Assembly: GCA_963934255.1 (NCBI GenBank)
Contig: CAWVXU010000004.1
Coordinates: 1,641 to 65,640 of the forward strand
From: an uncultured Fibrobacterales bacterium
GTDB taxonomy: Bacteria > Fibrobacterota > Fibrobacteria > Fibrobacterales > CAWVXU01
Direction: 5' to 3'
Length of the DNA: 64,000 bases
Both the position numbers and the translations under genes were made by a program. The notes beneath the pieces were generated by a model. The model ran no database searches. It was not told the origin of the DNA and saw only the letters and a list, made by a program, of their open reading frames with translations. Every line of letters begins with the position of its first letter. Position 1 is the first letter of the stretch. This document shows, piece after piece, positions 44,919 through 54,085 of the stretch.

Positions 44919-46083
44919 TTGGAACTACAATTCCTAATTGGCTTTTTAATTCTTTCCAAAGAAGAATTTGTCCTCGCCAAATATATTTACGTTGCAGTCT
45001 TCGAGCTACTCCACATGTAAGCTCGTAAGGGATTGTACCCATACTTTTAGCAACACTTTCAATGGAGAGTTCTTCGTGAGATTCACCATCAATGATGATG
45101 ACGATAGAACCTGCAACGGGGGGGGTGGACAGGTGAGTGATGTTGACGAGTATGGTATCCATACAAATAGCCCCAACAATAGGGCAAAGCTCGCCATTGA
45201 TTGATACACGTGGAGTTTCTTTAAAGTTTCTTCTATATCCATCGCCGTATCCGATAGCTACACTGGCAACGAAAGTATCAGTTTGAGCTATCCATTGATG
45301 TCCATAAGAAACCCCATTTCCAGCAGTGACTTGATGAGTTTCTCGAACAGTCGCTTCTAATTTCATTACGGGTTTTAGATTAATTAAATCACGTAAATCA
45401 TCATTTGGGTAGTAGCCATAGCAGCTTAAGCCAGGGCGGACCATGTTCATATGCGAATCTTTGAAGTTTAGCATTCCCGCTGAATTAGCCAAATGAAACA
45501 GTTCCGGGGGGGCTTCAATTTTACTTTGAAATTCTTGAAAACGTTTGATTTGAATTTGATTGAGAGAGTGGTCTGATTGGTCGGCGCAAGCTAAATGTGA
45601 AAAGATACCATCTACTTTGACATGTGAATATTCAAGTATTTCTCTTATCTCATCAATACTATCATAACGGAACCCATATCTACTCATACCAGTGTCTAAT
45701 TTGAGGTGAACTCGTTGAGTCACACCTCGAGCTTGAAGGAAAGTTTCAAAAAGTCTAGCAATATCAATTCGTGTGATTGTTGGGGTCAGTTGATATTTGA
45801 GGCAGGTGTCAAAATCAGCGGCAGTTAAAGGCCCCATAACCAAAATTTCTTGTAATGAACCATATTGTCGAATAGCGACACCTTCAAATAAGTGAGCAAC
45901 TCCTAATCCGTTGACTCCTGCTTTGTGGGCAGCAAAACTACAAGCGAGACTTCCATGTCCATAAGCATCAGCTTTAACAGGAAATAAAAATTTACAATTT
46001 GGGTCAAGTAGTGATTTAAGTTCACTTATGTTATGAAGGAGGTGGTCTAGATTGATGGTAATCCAATTAGGATAGGGCGCCAT
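44908..46083 (-). CDS. alr: Alanine racemase
   Basis: The PLP-lysine motif is FPVKADAYGHG. It also has SHLACAD and a C-terminal beta domain with GYGDGY. Confidence 0.9.
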   Translation of the reverse strand: MAPYPNWITINLDHLLHNISELKSLLDPNCKFLFPVKADAYGHGSLACSFAAHKAGVNGLGVAHLFEGVAIRQYGSLQEILVMGPLTAADFDTCLKYQLTPTITRIDIARLFETFLQARGVTQRVHLKLDTGMSRYGFRYDSIDEIREILEYSHVKVDGIFSHLACADQSDHSLNQIQIKRFQEFQSKIEAPPELFHLANSAGMLNFKDSHMNMVRPGLSCYGYYPNDDLRDLINLKPVMKLEATVRETHQVTAGNGVSYGHQWIAQTDTFVASVAIGYGDGYRRNFKETPRVSINGELCPIVGAICMDTILVNITHLSTPPVAGSIVIIIDGESHEELSIESVAKSMGTIPYELTCGVARRLQRKYIWRGQILLWKELKSQLGIVVPNEN

Positions 46084-46094
46084 TATTTGTTTCC

Positions 46095-46331
46095 TTAAGG
46101 ATTTTGTTGTAATTCTCTTAATTCATCATTTTCTTCGTTTAATATCGATGAATCATTTTCAACAATACCCTGGTCTGGGCTGATCTCTCCAAATACGTGA
46201 AGTAAGTGCACCTCAACTTGCTCGACGACCTGCTCTATCTTACCTTCCATCCTCGAAAATTGAAAATATATCGAAAAAATTAGAACAGTAAAGGCCAAAA
46301 GAACTAAAGCAAGGAGTACTATAATCCACAT
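46095..46331 (-). CDS. Small membrane-anchored acidic protein (78 aa), hypothetical
   Basis: It has one N-terminal TM helix. Its start lies 1 nt after the asd stop, and it ends 11 nt before alr. Confidence 0.5.
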   Translation of the reverse strand: MWIIVLLALVLLAFTVLIFSIYFQFSRMEGKIEQVVEQVEVHLLHVFGEISPDQGIVENDSSILNEENDELRELQQNP

Positions 46332-46332
46332 A

Positions 46333-47331
46333 TTATATCAGTTCTTCAGCGATTTGAATTGCATTAAGGGCTGCACCTTTAAGGATTTGGTCACCACAGA
46401 TAAAGAATTCTAGGCCGTTTTCACCAAAAACAAGATTTTGACGGATACGCCCGACTTCTACATCCCACTTTTTAGTGACATTAAGTGGCATTGGATATTC
46501 GTTGTTATCAATGTTGTCGACCAACTTAACACCTGGCGCTTCAGAAAGAATTTTTTTGGCCCAAGCAACATCAATAGGTTTCTCAGTTTCAATAACGATA
46601 GACTCAGCGTGCGCTCTGAAAGTAGGGATACGCACAGCAGTGCAAGATACAGCGAGATCTGGAAGATCCATTATTTTACGTGTTTCCCAAGTCACTTTCA
46701 TTTCTTCTTTGGTGTATCCATTTTCTTGAAATTTATCAATATGAGGAATCAAATTAAAAGGCAAAGGGTGCGCAAAAGTTTCATTTTTAACCTCTTTACC
46801 TTCTAAATAGGCTGTTGCTCCAGAACGAAGTTCTTCCATACCTGTGGCACCAGCACCTGAGGAAGCTTGATATGTAGACATAATTACTTTTTTAAGACCA
46901 TAAGCTTTGTGAAGAGGCCATAGAACTACTGCTGCTATAGCAGTGGTACAATTTGGATTAGCAATTACACCTTTGTGGTTTTTAATCTCTTCTGAGTTGA
47001 TTTCTGGAACTACAAGAGGAACGTCATCATTCATTCTAAAATAGGATGTATTATCAACGACAACAGCACCTGCTTTAATCGCAGAGGGCGCGAATTCGGC
47101 AGAAATAGACCCTCCGGCTGAGGCCAAAACAATATCTATACCTTCAAAGCTATCGTGTGTTAACTCTTCAATAGTGATATCTTGACCTTTGAATTGACAA
47201 GTTTTACCAGCAGAACGTTTTGACGCAAGTAGTTTTAAACTAGCGATAGGGAAATTTCGTTCTTCAAGTAGTGATAAAAGTTCTTGGCCCACTGCACCAG
47301 TGGCACCCATAATTGCAACATGTTTGCTCAT
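46333..47331 (-). CDS. asd: Aspartate-semialdehyde dehydrogenase
   Basis: VAIMGATGAVGQ, the active-site context IANPNCTT and QASSGAG are present. I prefer the ATG at 47331; the track uses TTG at 47358. Confidence 0.93.
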   Translation of the reverse strand: MSKHVAIMGATGAVGQELLSLLEERNFPIASLKLLASKRSAGKTCQFKGQDITIEELTHDSFEGIDIVLASAGGSISAEFAPSAIKAGAVVVDNTSYFRMNDDVPLVVPEINSEEIKNHKGVIANPNCTTAIAAVVLWPLHKAYGLKKVIMSTYQASSGAGATGMEELRSGATAYLEGKEVKNETFAHPLPFNLIPHIDKFQENGYTKEEMKVTWETRKIMDLPDLAVSCTAVRIPTFRAHAESIVIETEKPIDVAWAKKILSEAPGVKLVDNIDNNEYPMPLNVTKKWDVEVGRIRQNLVFGENGLEFFICGDQILKGAALNAIQIAEELI

Positions 47332-47365
47332 AATATGATGTTCCGTATCAGCTTTCAAATTGTAT

Positions 47366-47746
47366 TTAAGAAATGTGTTCTTTGTATTGTTCAGCAGTCA
47401 AAAGTGCTTCAAATTCAGAAGGATCGTTGACTTTGATTTTGACAATCCAACCTTCTGAATAAGGGCTTGAATTAATTGTTTCGGCTTCGTCTTCTAATGA
47501 TTCATTAATAGCAACGATTTCACCCGAAATCGGAGCATAAAGTTCAGCTACAGTTTTGACAGCTTCAATTGTTCCAAATGAATCGCCTTTATCAATAGAA
47601 TCTCCTACTTCAGGTAGTTCTACAAAAACAATATCACCGAGTTCACTCTGGGCGTGATCAGTAATTCCAACAGTGATGGTGTCACCTTCAATTTTGGCCC
47701 ACTCATGATCATCGCTGTATTTTAAATTTTCAAGTACTTCAGACAT
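47366..47746 (-). CDS. gcvH: Glycine cleavage system H protein
   Basis: 126 aa. [20 protein letters not shown] and the lipoyl-lysine context [19 protein letters not shown] are present. Confidence 0.93.
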   Translation of the reverse strand: MSEVLENLKYSDDHEWAKIEGDTITVGITDHAQSELGDIVFVELPEVGDSIDKGDSFGTIEAVKTVAELYAPISGEIVAINESLEDEAETINSSPYSEGWIVKIKVNDPSEFEALLTAEQYKEHIS

Positions 47747-47831
47747 AAATTCCCTGCTTATTTGTCATGTTAGACATGTTTGATATAACATGGTTTAATT
47801 GCATTATTTGATATAAATATAATAAATGGAG

Positions 47832-48563
47832 CTACTTCAACTTCGCTTTTAAGCCATATAAAGACGATAAAGCTTTTTTACTTAACGATTGAGCTTGGTT
47901 TTTGAATTTTTGTTCTTCAGTTGAACTCTCTGCGCTATAAAATTTTGAAGAATACTGAGCTGCAGACCTTACTAGGCTCAAGGCTTTAAGCAGCGACTTT
48001 TGGAAAGGTGTAAAATTTGGAGTAGCCCCTAAATTTTTAGCTTTTTTAGAAAGTGCAGATGCTCTATAAACTAAGCTGTTGACCTTCTGCCTGGACGTCT
48101 CATATTGTTCATCTGTCATTGATGCCGGATCACCGTGCTTAAATTGCTTAATAGATTGAGCTAAGCTTTGTGCTTGACGAATTAATTTTGAAGCAGCTGC
48201 GGCGTACTGAACATCTTGAGGGTTGGCTTGATCTTCTTCAATCTCCTCCGGTTCAGCAGGCTTCTCATCTTTTGACTTTGTGGGGATCTCTAAAACATCA
48301 CCTGTGGTTTCAATTTTGTCTGGAATAGGAGGAGTTTTTATGGTTTGTGAGGTATTTAAAAATTTAAGCGGACTTTCAATTGAATTAAAGCCAAGTACGC
48401 CAATGGCAATGGTAATGATTAGTATTATGGTAGTTAAACCATAACTAAGTGTGGCTCGAATAGGTCCACTTGCATTAAATGCTATCATCAAGGAAACTAG
48501 GCTTAAACAGACAAGTATTGCCAAATTGGGTAGAGACAGTTCCATATTCATTATTAACTCCAA
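47832..48563 (-). CDS. Hypothetical membrane protein
   Basis: Two N-terminal TM helices, an acidic linker and a predicted helical Ala/Ser/Lys/Gln-rich C-terminus. I recognise no family. Confidence 0.55.
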   Translation of the reverse strand: MELIMNMELSLPNLAILVCLSLVSLMIAFNASGPIRATLSYGLTTIILIITIAIGVLGFNSIESPLKFLNTSQTIKTPPIPDKIETTGDVLEIPTKSKDEKPAEPEEIEEDQANPQDVQYAAAASKLIRQAQSLAQSIKQFKHGDPASMTDEQYETSRQKVNSLVYRASALSKKAKNLGATPNFTPFQKSLLKALSLVRSAAQYSSKFYSAESSTEEQKFKNQAQSLSKKALSSLYGLKAKLK

Positions 48564-48582
48564 TGAAATTAAGGGAAAAGGT

Positions 48583-48616
48583 GAAAAACTGCTAAACGTT
48601 GATCTGTTTAGCAGTT
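48583..48616 (-). terminator. Rho-independent terminator after ssb
   Basis: A perfect 11-bp stem AACTGCTAAAC / GTTTAGCAGTT with an 8-nt loop, followed on the minus strand by T5. Confidence 0.75.
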
Positions 48617-48637
48617 AATATAAGCGAAATTGAACTA

Positions 48638-49114
48638 TTAGAAGGGTAAATCATCCTCTGGTGGCGGTGCATCCTTAAATGTTGGAGTCGAAGGCTGATT
48701 AAAACTTGGAGCAGAATCAAAACTTCCAGCACCTTGTTGGCCGTATCCACCTTGTTCGCCTGGAGCTCCACCTTGTCCACCAGATTTGCCACCAAGCATC
48801 TGCATACTATTACCGACAACCTCTGTTTTGTATTTTTTTACACCTGATGGGTCATCCCAACTAGAGGTTTGAAGTTTTCCTTCAATGTATACCGGAGAGC
48901 CTTTGCGAAGATATTGCTCAGCGATTTCACCTAGACGGTTCCATAGAATGATATTGACCCATTCTGTTTTCTCTTGTTGAGCACCGTTACGATCTTTGTA
49001 ACGTTCTGTGATTGCGATTGAAAATGACGCGACTTTTGCGCCTGATTGAGTCATCCTTACTTCAGGATCTCTTCCTAAATTTCCAATCAACATGACTTTA
49101 TTAAGTGATGCCAT
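48638..49114 (-). CDS. ssb: Single-stranded DNA-binding protein
   Basis: [18 protein letters not shown] (OB fold), a Gly/Gln-rich linker and the canonical acidic tip DDLPF. I prefer the ATG at 49114 (AAAGGA RBS). Confidence 0.93.
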   Translation of the reverse strand: MASLNKVMLIGNLGRDPEVRMTQSGAKVASFSIAITERYKDRNGAQQEKTEWVNIILWNRLGEIAEQYLRKGSPVYIEGKLQTSSWDDPSGVKKYKTEVVGNSMQMLGGKSGGQGGAPGEQGGYGQQGAGSFDSAPSFNQPSTPTFKDAPPPEDDLPF

Positions 49115-49204
49115 GAAATGTCCTTTCATATATAGTAGCCGAAAATGCAAATCAAAGGTAACTTTATTTGCAAAGAATTAGTAGTGAACTCAAGAGAAGA
49201 TTTT

Positions 49205-50317
49205 ATGCAAAACCAAAGAGTAATACTTCCTATTGAAAAAATAGAGCAATTATGGCCCCAAGAGCTGAAAAATGCACGAATTGGTGCATTATTACATCCT
49301 GCTTCTATTTTGCCAAATTACCAACATACTTTAGACGTCCTCAATGAACAAAATGGTAAAATTTTTCAACTCAAGGCTCTTTTTGGGCCTCAACATGGAA
49401 TTTTGGGTCATACTCAAGATAACATGATTGAATGGGAAGGTTATTTAGACCCTGAGTTAGGAATACCAGTTTATTCTTTATATGGAGAACATCGACAACC
49501 GACAAAGGCAATGTATGAAGGCCTTGACGCAATACTGGTTGATTTACAAGATGTGGGTGCTCGTTATTATACTTTTATTTGGAGTCTTTACCTTTGTATG
49601 AAGACAGCGGAGGAAACAGGAATTCATATTGTAGTCTGTGATCGTCCCAATCCAATTAACTCTAAGGATAAAGAAGGTCCCATCCTTGATTTGGAATATT
49701 CGTCTTTTGTCGGCTTGCATTCAATCCCTGTCAGACATGGGAAAAACATCGGTGAATTAGCAGAACAATTCAAAAAAGAGTGCTTCCCTAGTGTTAAATT
49801 GACGGTATTGGAAATGGAAAATTATGACAAATCAATGTGGTTTGATCAAACAGGTCTTCCGTGGGTCTTGCCAAGTCCTAATATGCCAACACTAGATACA
49901 GCGACCGTATACCCTGGTATGTGCTTGCTGGAAGCGACCAATGTGAGTGAAGGACGCGGAACGACTAAGCCGTTTGAATTATTTGGTGCACCTTTTATTG
50001 ACGCCAATAAATTTGCTTCATACATGAATAGTCAAAATTTCCCTGGAGTTATTTTTAGAGAAGCTTATTTTCAACCGACCTTTCATAAAGGTGCCGGTAA
50101 AATATGCGCTGGTCTTCAATATCATGTTTTAGACCGAGATATTTTCAGATCATTTGAAGTCACTATTTCAATTTTAAGGTATTTATTTCATACTTACCCA
50201 GAAGACTTTAAGTGGCGCACCGAAGCTTATGAATATGAGTATGATAAACTTGCAATTGATATCCTACTTGGATCAAAAGATTATCGTCTGACTGAGATAG
50301 AAGGCAAATTACCTTAA
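49205..50317 (+). CDS. namZ: DUF1343 / NamZ-like exo-beta-N-acetylmuramidase
   Basis: ALFGPQHG, VYSLYGEHRQP and LVDLQDVGARYYTFIWSL are hallmark DUF1343 stretches as I remember them. No signal peptide is evident from either candidate start (49145 or 49205). Confidence 0.75.
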   Translation: MQNQRVILPIEKIEQLWPQELKNARIGALLHPASILPNYQHTLDVLNEQNGKIFQLKALFGPQHGILGHTQDNMIEWEGYLDPELGIPVYSLYGEHRQPTKAMYEGLDAILVDLQDVGARYYTFIWSLYLCMKTAEETGIHIVVCDRPNPINSKDKEGPILDLEYSSFVGLHSIPVRHGKNIGELAEQFKKECFPSVKLTVLEMENYDKSMWFDQTGLPWVLPSPNMPTLDTATVYPGMCLLEATNVSEGRGTTKPFELFGAPFIDANKFASYMNSQNFPGVIFREAYFQPTFHKGAGKICAGLQYHVLDRDIFRSFEVTISILRYLFHTYPEDFKWRTEAYEYEYDKLAIDILLGSKDYRLTEIEGKLP

Positions 50318-51111
50318 TGGATGTATTAATATTATGCGCAGGTTATGGGACAAGACTCGCGCCACTGACCGATAGAATACCTAAGCCATTGGTTCAAGTC
50401 TCTGATAAATTAAGTATCGAACACCAACTTGAAGCGATATCGTCCTTAGATCCTCAAAATGTATGGGTTAATGCACATCATTTGGCTGACAAGGTAAGGG
50501 CTTTTGTGGATGAGTGTGAATTGATTAATGATTGTTTTATAGAAGAAGAAATATTAGGAACAGGTGGCCCACTGAAGCGTGCTCTTGATGAGAAAAACTG
50601 TGATGATCTTTTAGTGATTAATGGCGATGTATTTCATGATCTAGATTTAGATAGCTTTATTGAAGCCTCAAGACAATCAGGTAAAGAATTTTCGCTGCTG
50701 ATGATGGACAATAAGTTGGTAAATTCGGTAGGAATACGTAATAATGAAATAATTTCTATAAAAGGCGTATATGGTGAAGAAAATGAAGTAGATTCATTGA
50801 AAACTTTTACCGGTATTTCTTGGTATTCAAAGAATGCGTTGAAAAAGCTCAAAGCAGAACATTTTTCAATTGTCAAATTTTGGAAAGACGAGTATTTATT
50901 GGAGAATTACCCATTTGCACAGGAGCAAAAGGCGACCTGGATTGATATCGGCACACCACAGGGTTTATGGGACGCAAGTCAAGCTAGGTGGATTGAATTA
51001 GGAGGCAACGCTTCATATAATTGGATTCAACTTGAAACCAAATCACCGGCCCCTAAAGATGAGGGACCCGGACTTTATGGACGTGACTTTCAATGGAAAA
51101 TAGAAGCTTAG
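50317..51111 (+). CDS. murU: Sugar-1-phosphate nucleotidyltransferase, MurU-like
   Basis: The N-terminal NTP-transferase motif is LILCAGYGTRLAPLTDRIPKPLV. Its start overlaps the namZ stop (TAATG). It is followed by an AmgK-like kinase gene. Confidence 0.6.
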   Translation: MDVLILCAGYGTRLAPLTDRIPKPLVQVSDKLSIEHQLEAISSLDPQNVWVNAHHLADKVRAFVDECELINDCFIEEEILGTGGPLKRALDEKNCDDLLVINGDVFHDLDLDSFIEASRQSGKEFSLLMMDNKLVNSVGIRNNEIISIKGVYGEENEVDSLKTFTGISWYSKNALKKLKAEHFSIVKFWKDEYLLENYPFAQEQKATWIDIGTPQGLWDASQARWIELGGNASYNWIQLETKSPAPKDEGPGLYGRDFQWKIEA

Positions 51112-51179
51112 ATGAATTCATCTCACACAAATGATTTGAAATAGAAGAAATAGAAGCAATAAAAGCAATAGGAACAGAA

Positions 51180-52157
51180 ATGAAATTAAAAAAAGACGAA
51201 ATCTCAAAAGAAATAATTGAAAAATTAGGTAATAGTTTAGACCCTAAAATAAGCAGTTTTGACCTAGTTGGCTCAGCGGCTTCTGGTCGTCAGTATTATA
51301 GAATACCGACAAAAACAGGGTCTAAGGTTTTAATGAAAACTTCTGAAGTTGATGATGACTTCAAGCGTTTTATTCAGATTCAAAAGTTTCTACAAAAGTT
51401 TGAGATTCGTGTTCCAAAGATTGAGCTTATTGATGAATCAAGTGAATCTATCTTATTAGAAGATCTTGGAGATAAAAATTTGTTAACTGTCATTGAGGGG
51501 CTTGATGTAGTAGGTCGTCAAAAGGCCTATTCTGAAGTTGTTGAGTCATTAGCGAGAGGGCATCTAAGTGTTGTTCGTAAAACTCAAGCAGAGCCCTTAT
51601 TACATGAACGTCATTTTGATTACCAAGATTTGAAATGGGAATCTCAATATTTTACAAAATGGTGTTTAGAAAAAAAGTTCCCAGAAACAGATTGGGCTGA
51701 TGTTGGAATCCAAAGAGCTTTTGATGCTTTAGCAATTGAAGTTCAGGATCACCCTTGGGATTTGATGCATCGTGACTTTCAATCACAAAATGTGATGCTC
51801 AAAGATGGTGAGTGGGTTTGGATTGATTTTCAAGGCGCCCGAATTGGGTCCACTTGGTATGATTTAGCTTCCCTTTTGTGGGACCCCTATGTCTGTCTGC
51901 CATTAGATGAAGTGAAGATGCATTTTGAAGCCTATTCTGAGCATAGGAATTTTACTGGGATGACTCAGTGGGATAATTTCTTAAATGCAAGTTTACAAAG
52001 AATCATGCAGGCCTGCGGTGCTTATGGTTATTTAACTGAAGTTAAGGGGCTCGAGGAATACGAGCAATATAAAGAAAAGGGTTGGCAACAATTACAATTG
52101 ATATTGGAACTTTGCTCAGACAGAGTTCGAGTAAAAAAATATCTAAAAGGTTTATAA
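51180..52157 (+). CDS. amgK: Aminoglycoside-phosphotransferase-fold anomeric sugar kinase, AmgK-like
   Basis: HRDFQSQNVMLKDGEWVWIDFQGARIGSTWYDLASLLWDPY matches the AmgK-type catalytic loop (HRD..S.N and IDFQ.A). Confidence 0.65.
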   Translation: MKLKKDEISKEIIEKLGNSLDPKISSFDLVGSAASGRQYYRIPTKTGSKVLMKTSEVDDDFKRFIQIQKFLQKFEIRVPKIELIDESSESILLEDLGDKNLLTVIEGLDVVGRQKAYSEVVESLARGHLSVVRKTQAEPLLHERHFDYQDLKWESQYFTKWCLEKKFPETDWADVGIQRAFDALAIEVQDHPWDLMHRDFQSQNVMLKDGEWVWIDFQGARIGSTWYDLASLLWDPYVCLPLDEVKMHFEAYSEHRNFTGMTQWDNFLNASLQRIMQACGAYGYLTEVKGLEEYEQYKEKGWQQLQLILELCSDRVRVKKYLKGL

Positions 52158-52238
52158 TAATGCTTTTATAAATTGAAGTGAATAATTTGAAGACATTAAG
52201 TCAAAAAAATAGATTAGATATTTAGATTAAAGGAATTC

Positions 52239-53357
52239 TTAGAGTTCCTTTTTCTGTTTTATTATGGATGTATAAACATCCTGTTGTAATTGAGAAATTT
52301 TTGACCAGCTGAAATTCTCAGCAAATAATTTTGCCTTTAGACTCATGTCGTTTAGTCTTTGCTCATCATTAATAAGTTCAATAATTTTATTGACCAAGTC
52401 AATTTGATTATCAAATAGAACACCTGTTTTGTTCTCTTGGAGTGTGAGTCTTAATCCTGGTATGTTTGATGCAATTACAGGAGTGCCGCAGGCTTGAGCT
52501 TCTAGGGATGAAATACCCCAACTTTCATATCGTGAAGGCATTATTAACAGTTTAGACTCTTGTAATAATGTTTTTTTGTTTGAACCGCTGACAAAAGGAA
52601 TAACTTTGATAAAATCACCTAAATTAAGCTCGTAGATTCTTGTTTTAATTTGGACTTCATCTTTTCCTTTACCTGCAAGGATAATTTTAAAATCGGGTAG
52701 TTTCTTTTTTAACTCAAGGGCAATATTCAGAAGCCGATCAATACCTTTTTGTTGTATTTCAAATCTGCCCAAAAAGAGAAGTTGGTTTTTTTTCTGAACA
52801 GTAGATTTTTTGTCTAAATAGTTATCCTCAACTCCATTATAAACAATGAATTCATGTTGAAATTTTGATGAAATGAATTGATGGACTTGAGTTTGTAAAT
52901 CTTCTGATGAGTAGAGTATGTTGTGAATTTTTTGATAACTCTTTGCTTCAAAAATACCAGCTAGTTTACCTAAAAATCCAAGCTTATCTTTAAGTACTTG
53001 AGGTCCAAAATAGTTTTGAGATATAAATAGAAGTTTTTCTTGTGCAATAAAGTTTTTTAAAAAAAGAGGGGAGAACGGAGAATAGTCTTCAATTATGAGG
53101 TCAAATTCTGAATGATTATTTTTGATGAAGCTCCTGGCTGAACGGAAATATTCAAATCGACTTAATAAATAATTTTTTCTTGGTCGGCCAAGAAATTTTT
53201 GGTTTTGTGTGACATTGGCTTCAGGATAGTTCGCTGAAAAAACTTGGACATTCCAATTTTTGGGGAAATGCTTGTTGATTTCTTGAGCTCGCACAGCTCC
53301 ACCACCACCTAGCCAAGGGTTGTCAATGGAGTCATATAAAAAGTGGGCAATTTTCAT
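52239..53357 (-). CDS. Glycosyltransferase family 4 (GT-B, retaining)
   Basis: It has the PSRYESWGISSLEAQACGTPVIASNIPG (EX7E region) motif. I prefer the ATG at 53357 (MKIAHFLY), which forms an ATGA overlap with the upstream gene's stop. Confidence 0.85.
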   Translation of the reverse strand: MKIAHFLYDSIDNPWLGGGGAVRAQEINKHFPKNWNVQVFSANYPEANVTQNQKFLGRPRKNYLLSRFEYFRSARSFIKNNHSEFDLIIEDYSPFSPLFLKNFIAQEKLLFISQNYFGPQVLKDKLGFLGKLAGIFEAKSYQKIHNILYSSEDLQTQVHQFISSKFQHEFIVYNGVEDNYLDKKSTVQKKNQLLFLGRFEIQQKGIDRLLNIALELKKKLPDFKIILAGKGKDEVQIKTRIYELNLGDFIKVIPFVSGSNKKTLLQESKLLIMPSRYESWGISSLEAQACGTPVIASNIPGLRLTLQENKTGVLFDNQIDLVNKIIELINDEQRLNDMSLKAKLFAENFSWSKISQLQQDVYTSIIKQKKEL

Positions 53358-54070
53358 GCTTTTTTTGTTGCAAGTAATATTGGGTTTCCACCTAAGCTCG
53401 TTTTTAATCTGCCCGCAACTCTTTCTAAAAGAGATGCCCATTTTTGTGTACTAAGTGGGACAGAAGTTTGATCAACAATGTCAAAGCCATTGGCCTCAAC
53501 AATTTCTCTAAAAGCAGCGTAAGTAAAATCCCTGATGTGCCCCGAAGAGTGTAATGATTTTCTAAACGGATTACCATAATTTGATTTTCTACATGATACT
53601 TCTGTTGCAAGTGGTTGTAATCCAAACACAATAAAAATTTTGTTTAAAATAGAAGAAAGGTTAGGCGTACTAATAATGAGATTTCCACCTGGCTTTAACA
53701 CTCGGTTTATCTCAATCAGAAGTCGGTCTGTATCAAAGACATGCTCAATGATTTCAGTACAAATGACTGTGTCAAATGTGTTTTCTTCCCAAGGAATGTT
53801 GTCGGTGTTTAAATCACAAGCACGAGCATCATCTAAGAAGTCCATAGCGGGCTTCATAATATCTAAATTTAGGTCAATCCCACAGATCTCACCTTGATAA
53901 TTTTTGCGGTATTCTTGTGTTGTGAGGCCCTCCCAAACGCCAATTTCTAGCAGTTTACCACTCGTAGGGAGGAAAGAAATCACTTTATCAACGCGATCAT
54001 TTTTATGATCTTCTTTTTCCATTTTTTTTAAATAGCGGTCATTAACAAAATTTTTATTTTCAAATTCCAT
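53354..54070 (-). CDS. Class I SAM-dependent methyltransferase
   Basis: Motif I variant LLEIGVWEG, a FDTVICTEIIEHV post-II region and LKPGGNLIISTPN. Confidence 0.8.
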   Translation of the reverse strand: MEFENKNFVNDRYLKKMEKEDHKNDRVDKVISFLPTSGKLLEIGVWEGLTTQEYRKNYQGEICGIDLNLDIMKPAMDFLDDARACDLNTDNIPWEENTFDTVICTEIIEHVFDTDRLLIEINRVLKPGGNLIISTPNLSSILNKIFIVFGLQPLATEVSCRKSNYGNPFRKSLHSSGHIRDFTYAAFREIVEANGFDIVDQTSVPLSTQKWASLLERVAGRLKTSLGGNPILLATKKA

Positions 54071-54085
54071 AAAAACATCAAAGGT

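Noticed and set aside
47301-47317. Sigma-54-like element TGGCAC-N6-TTGCA
   Set aside because: The spacing is one nt off consensus. The element lies inside asd, antisense to it, where it simply encodes the GATGAVGQ Rossmann motif. There is no downstream gene in that orientation.
48592-48819. 75-aa minus-strand ORF overlapping the ssb 3' end
   Set aside because: It is out of frame with the Gly/Gln-rich ssb tail and runs through the ssb terminator hairpin. It is a shadow ORF.
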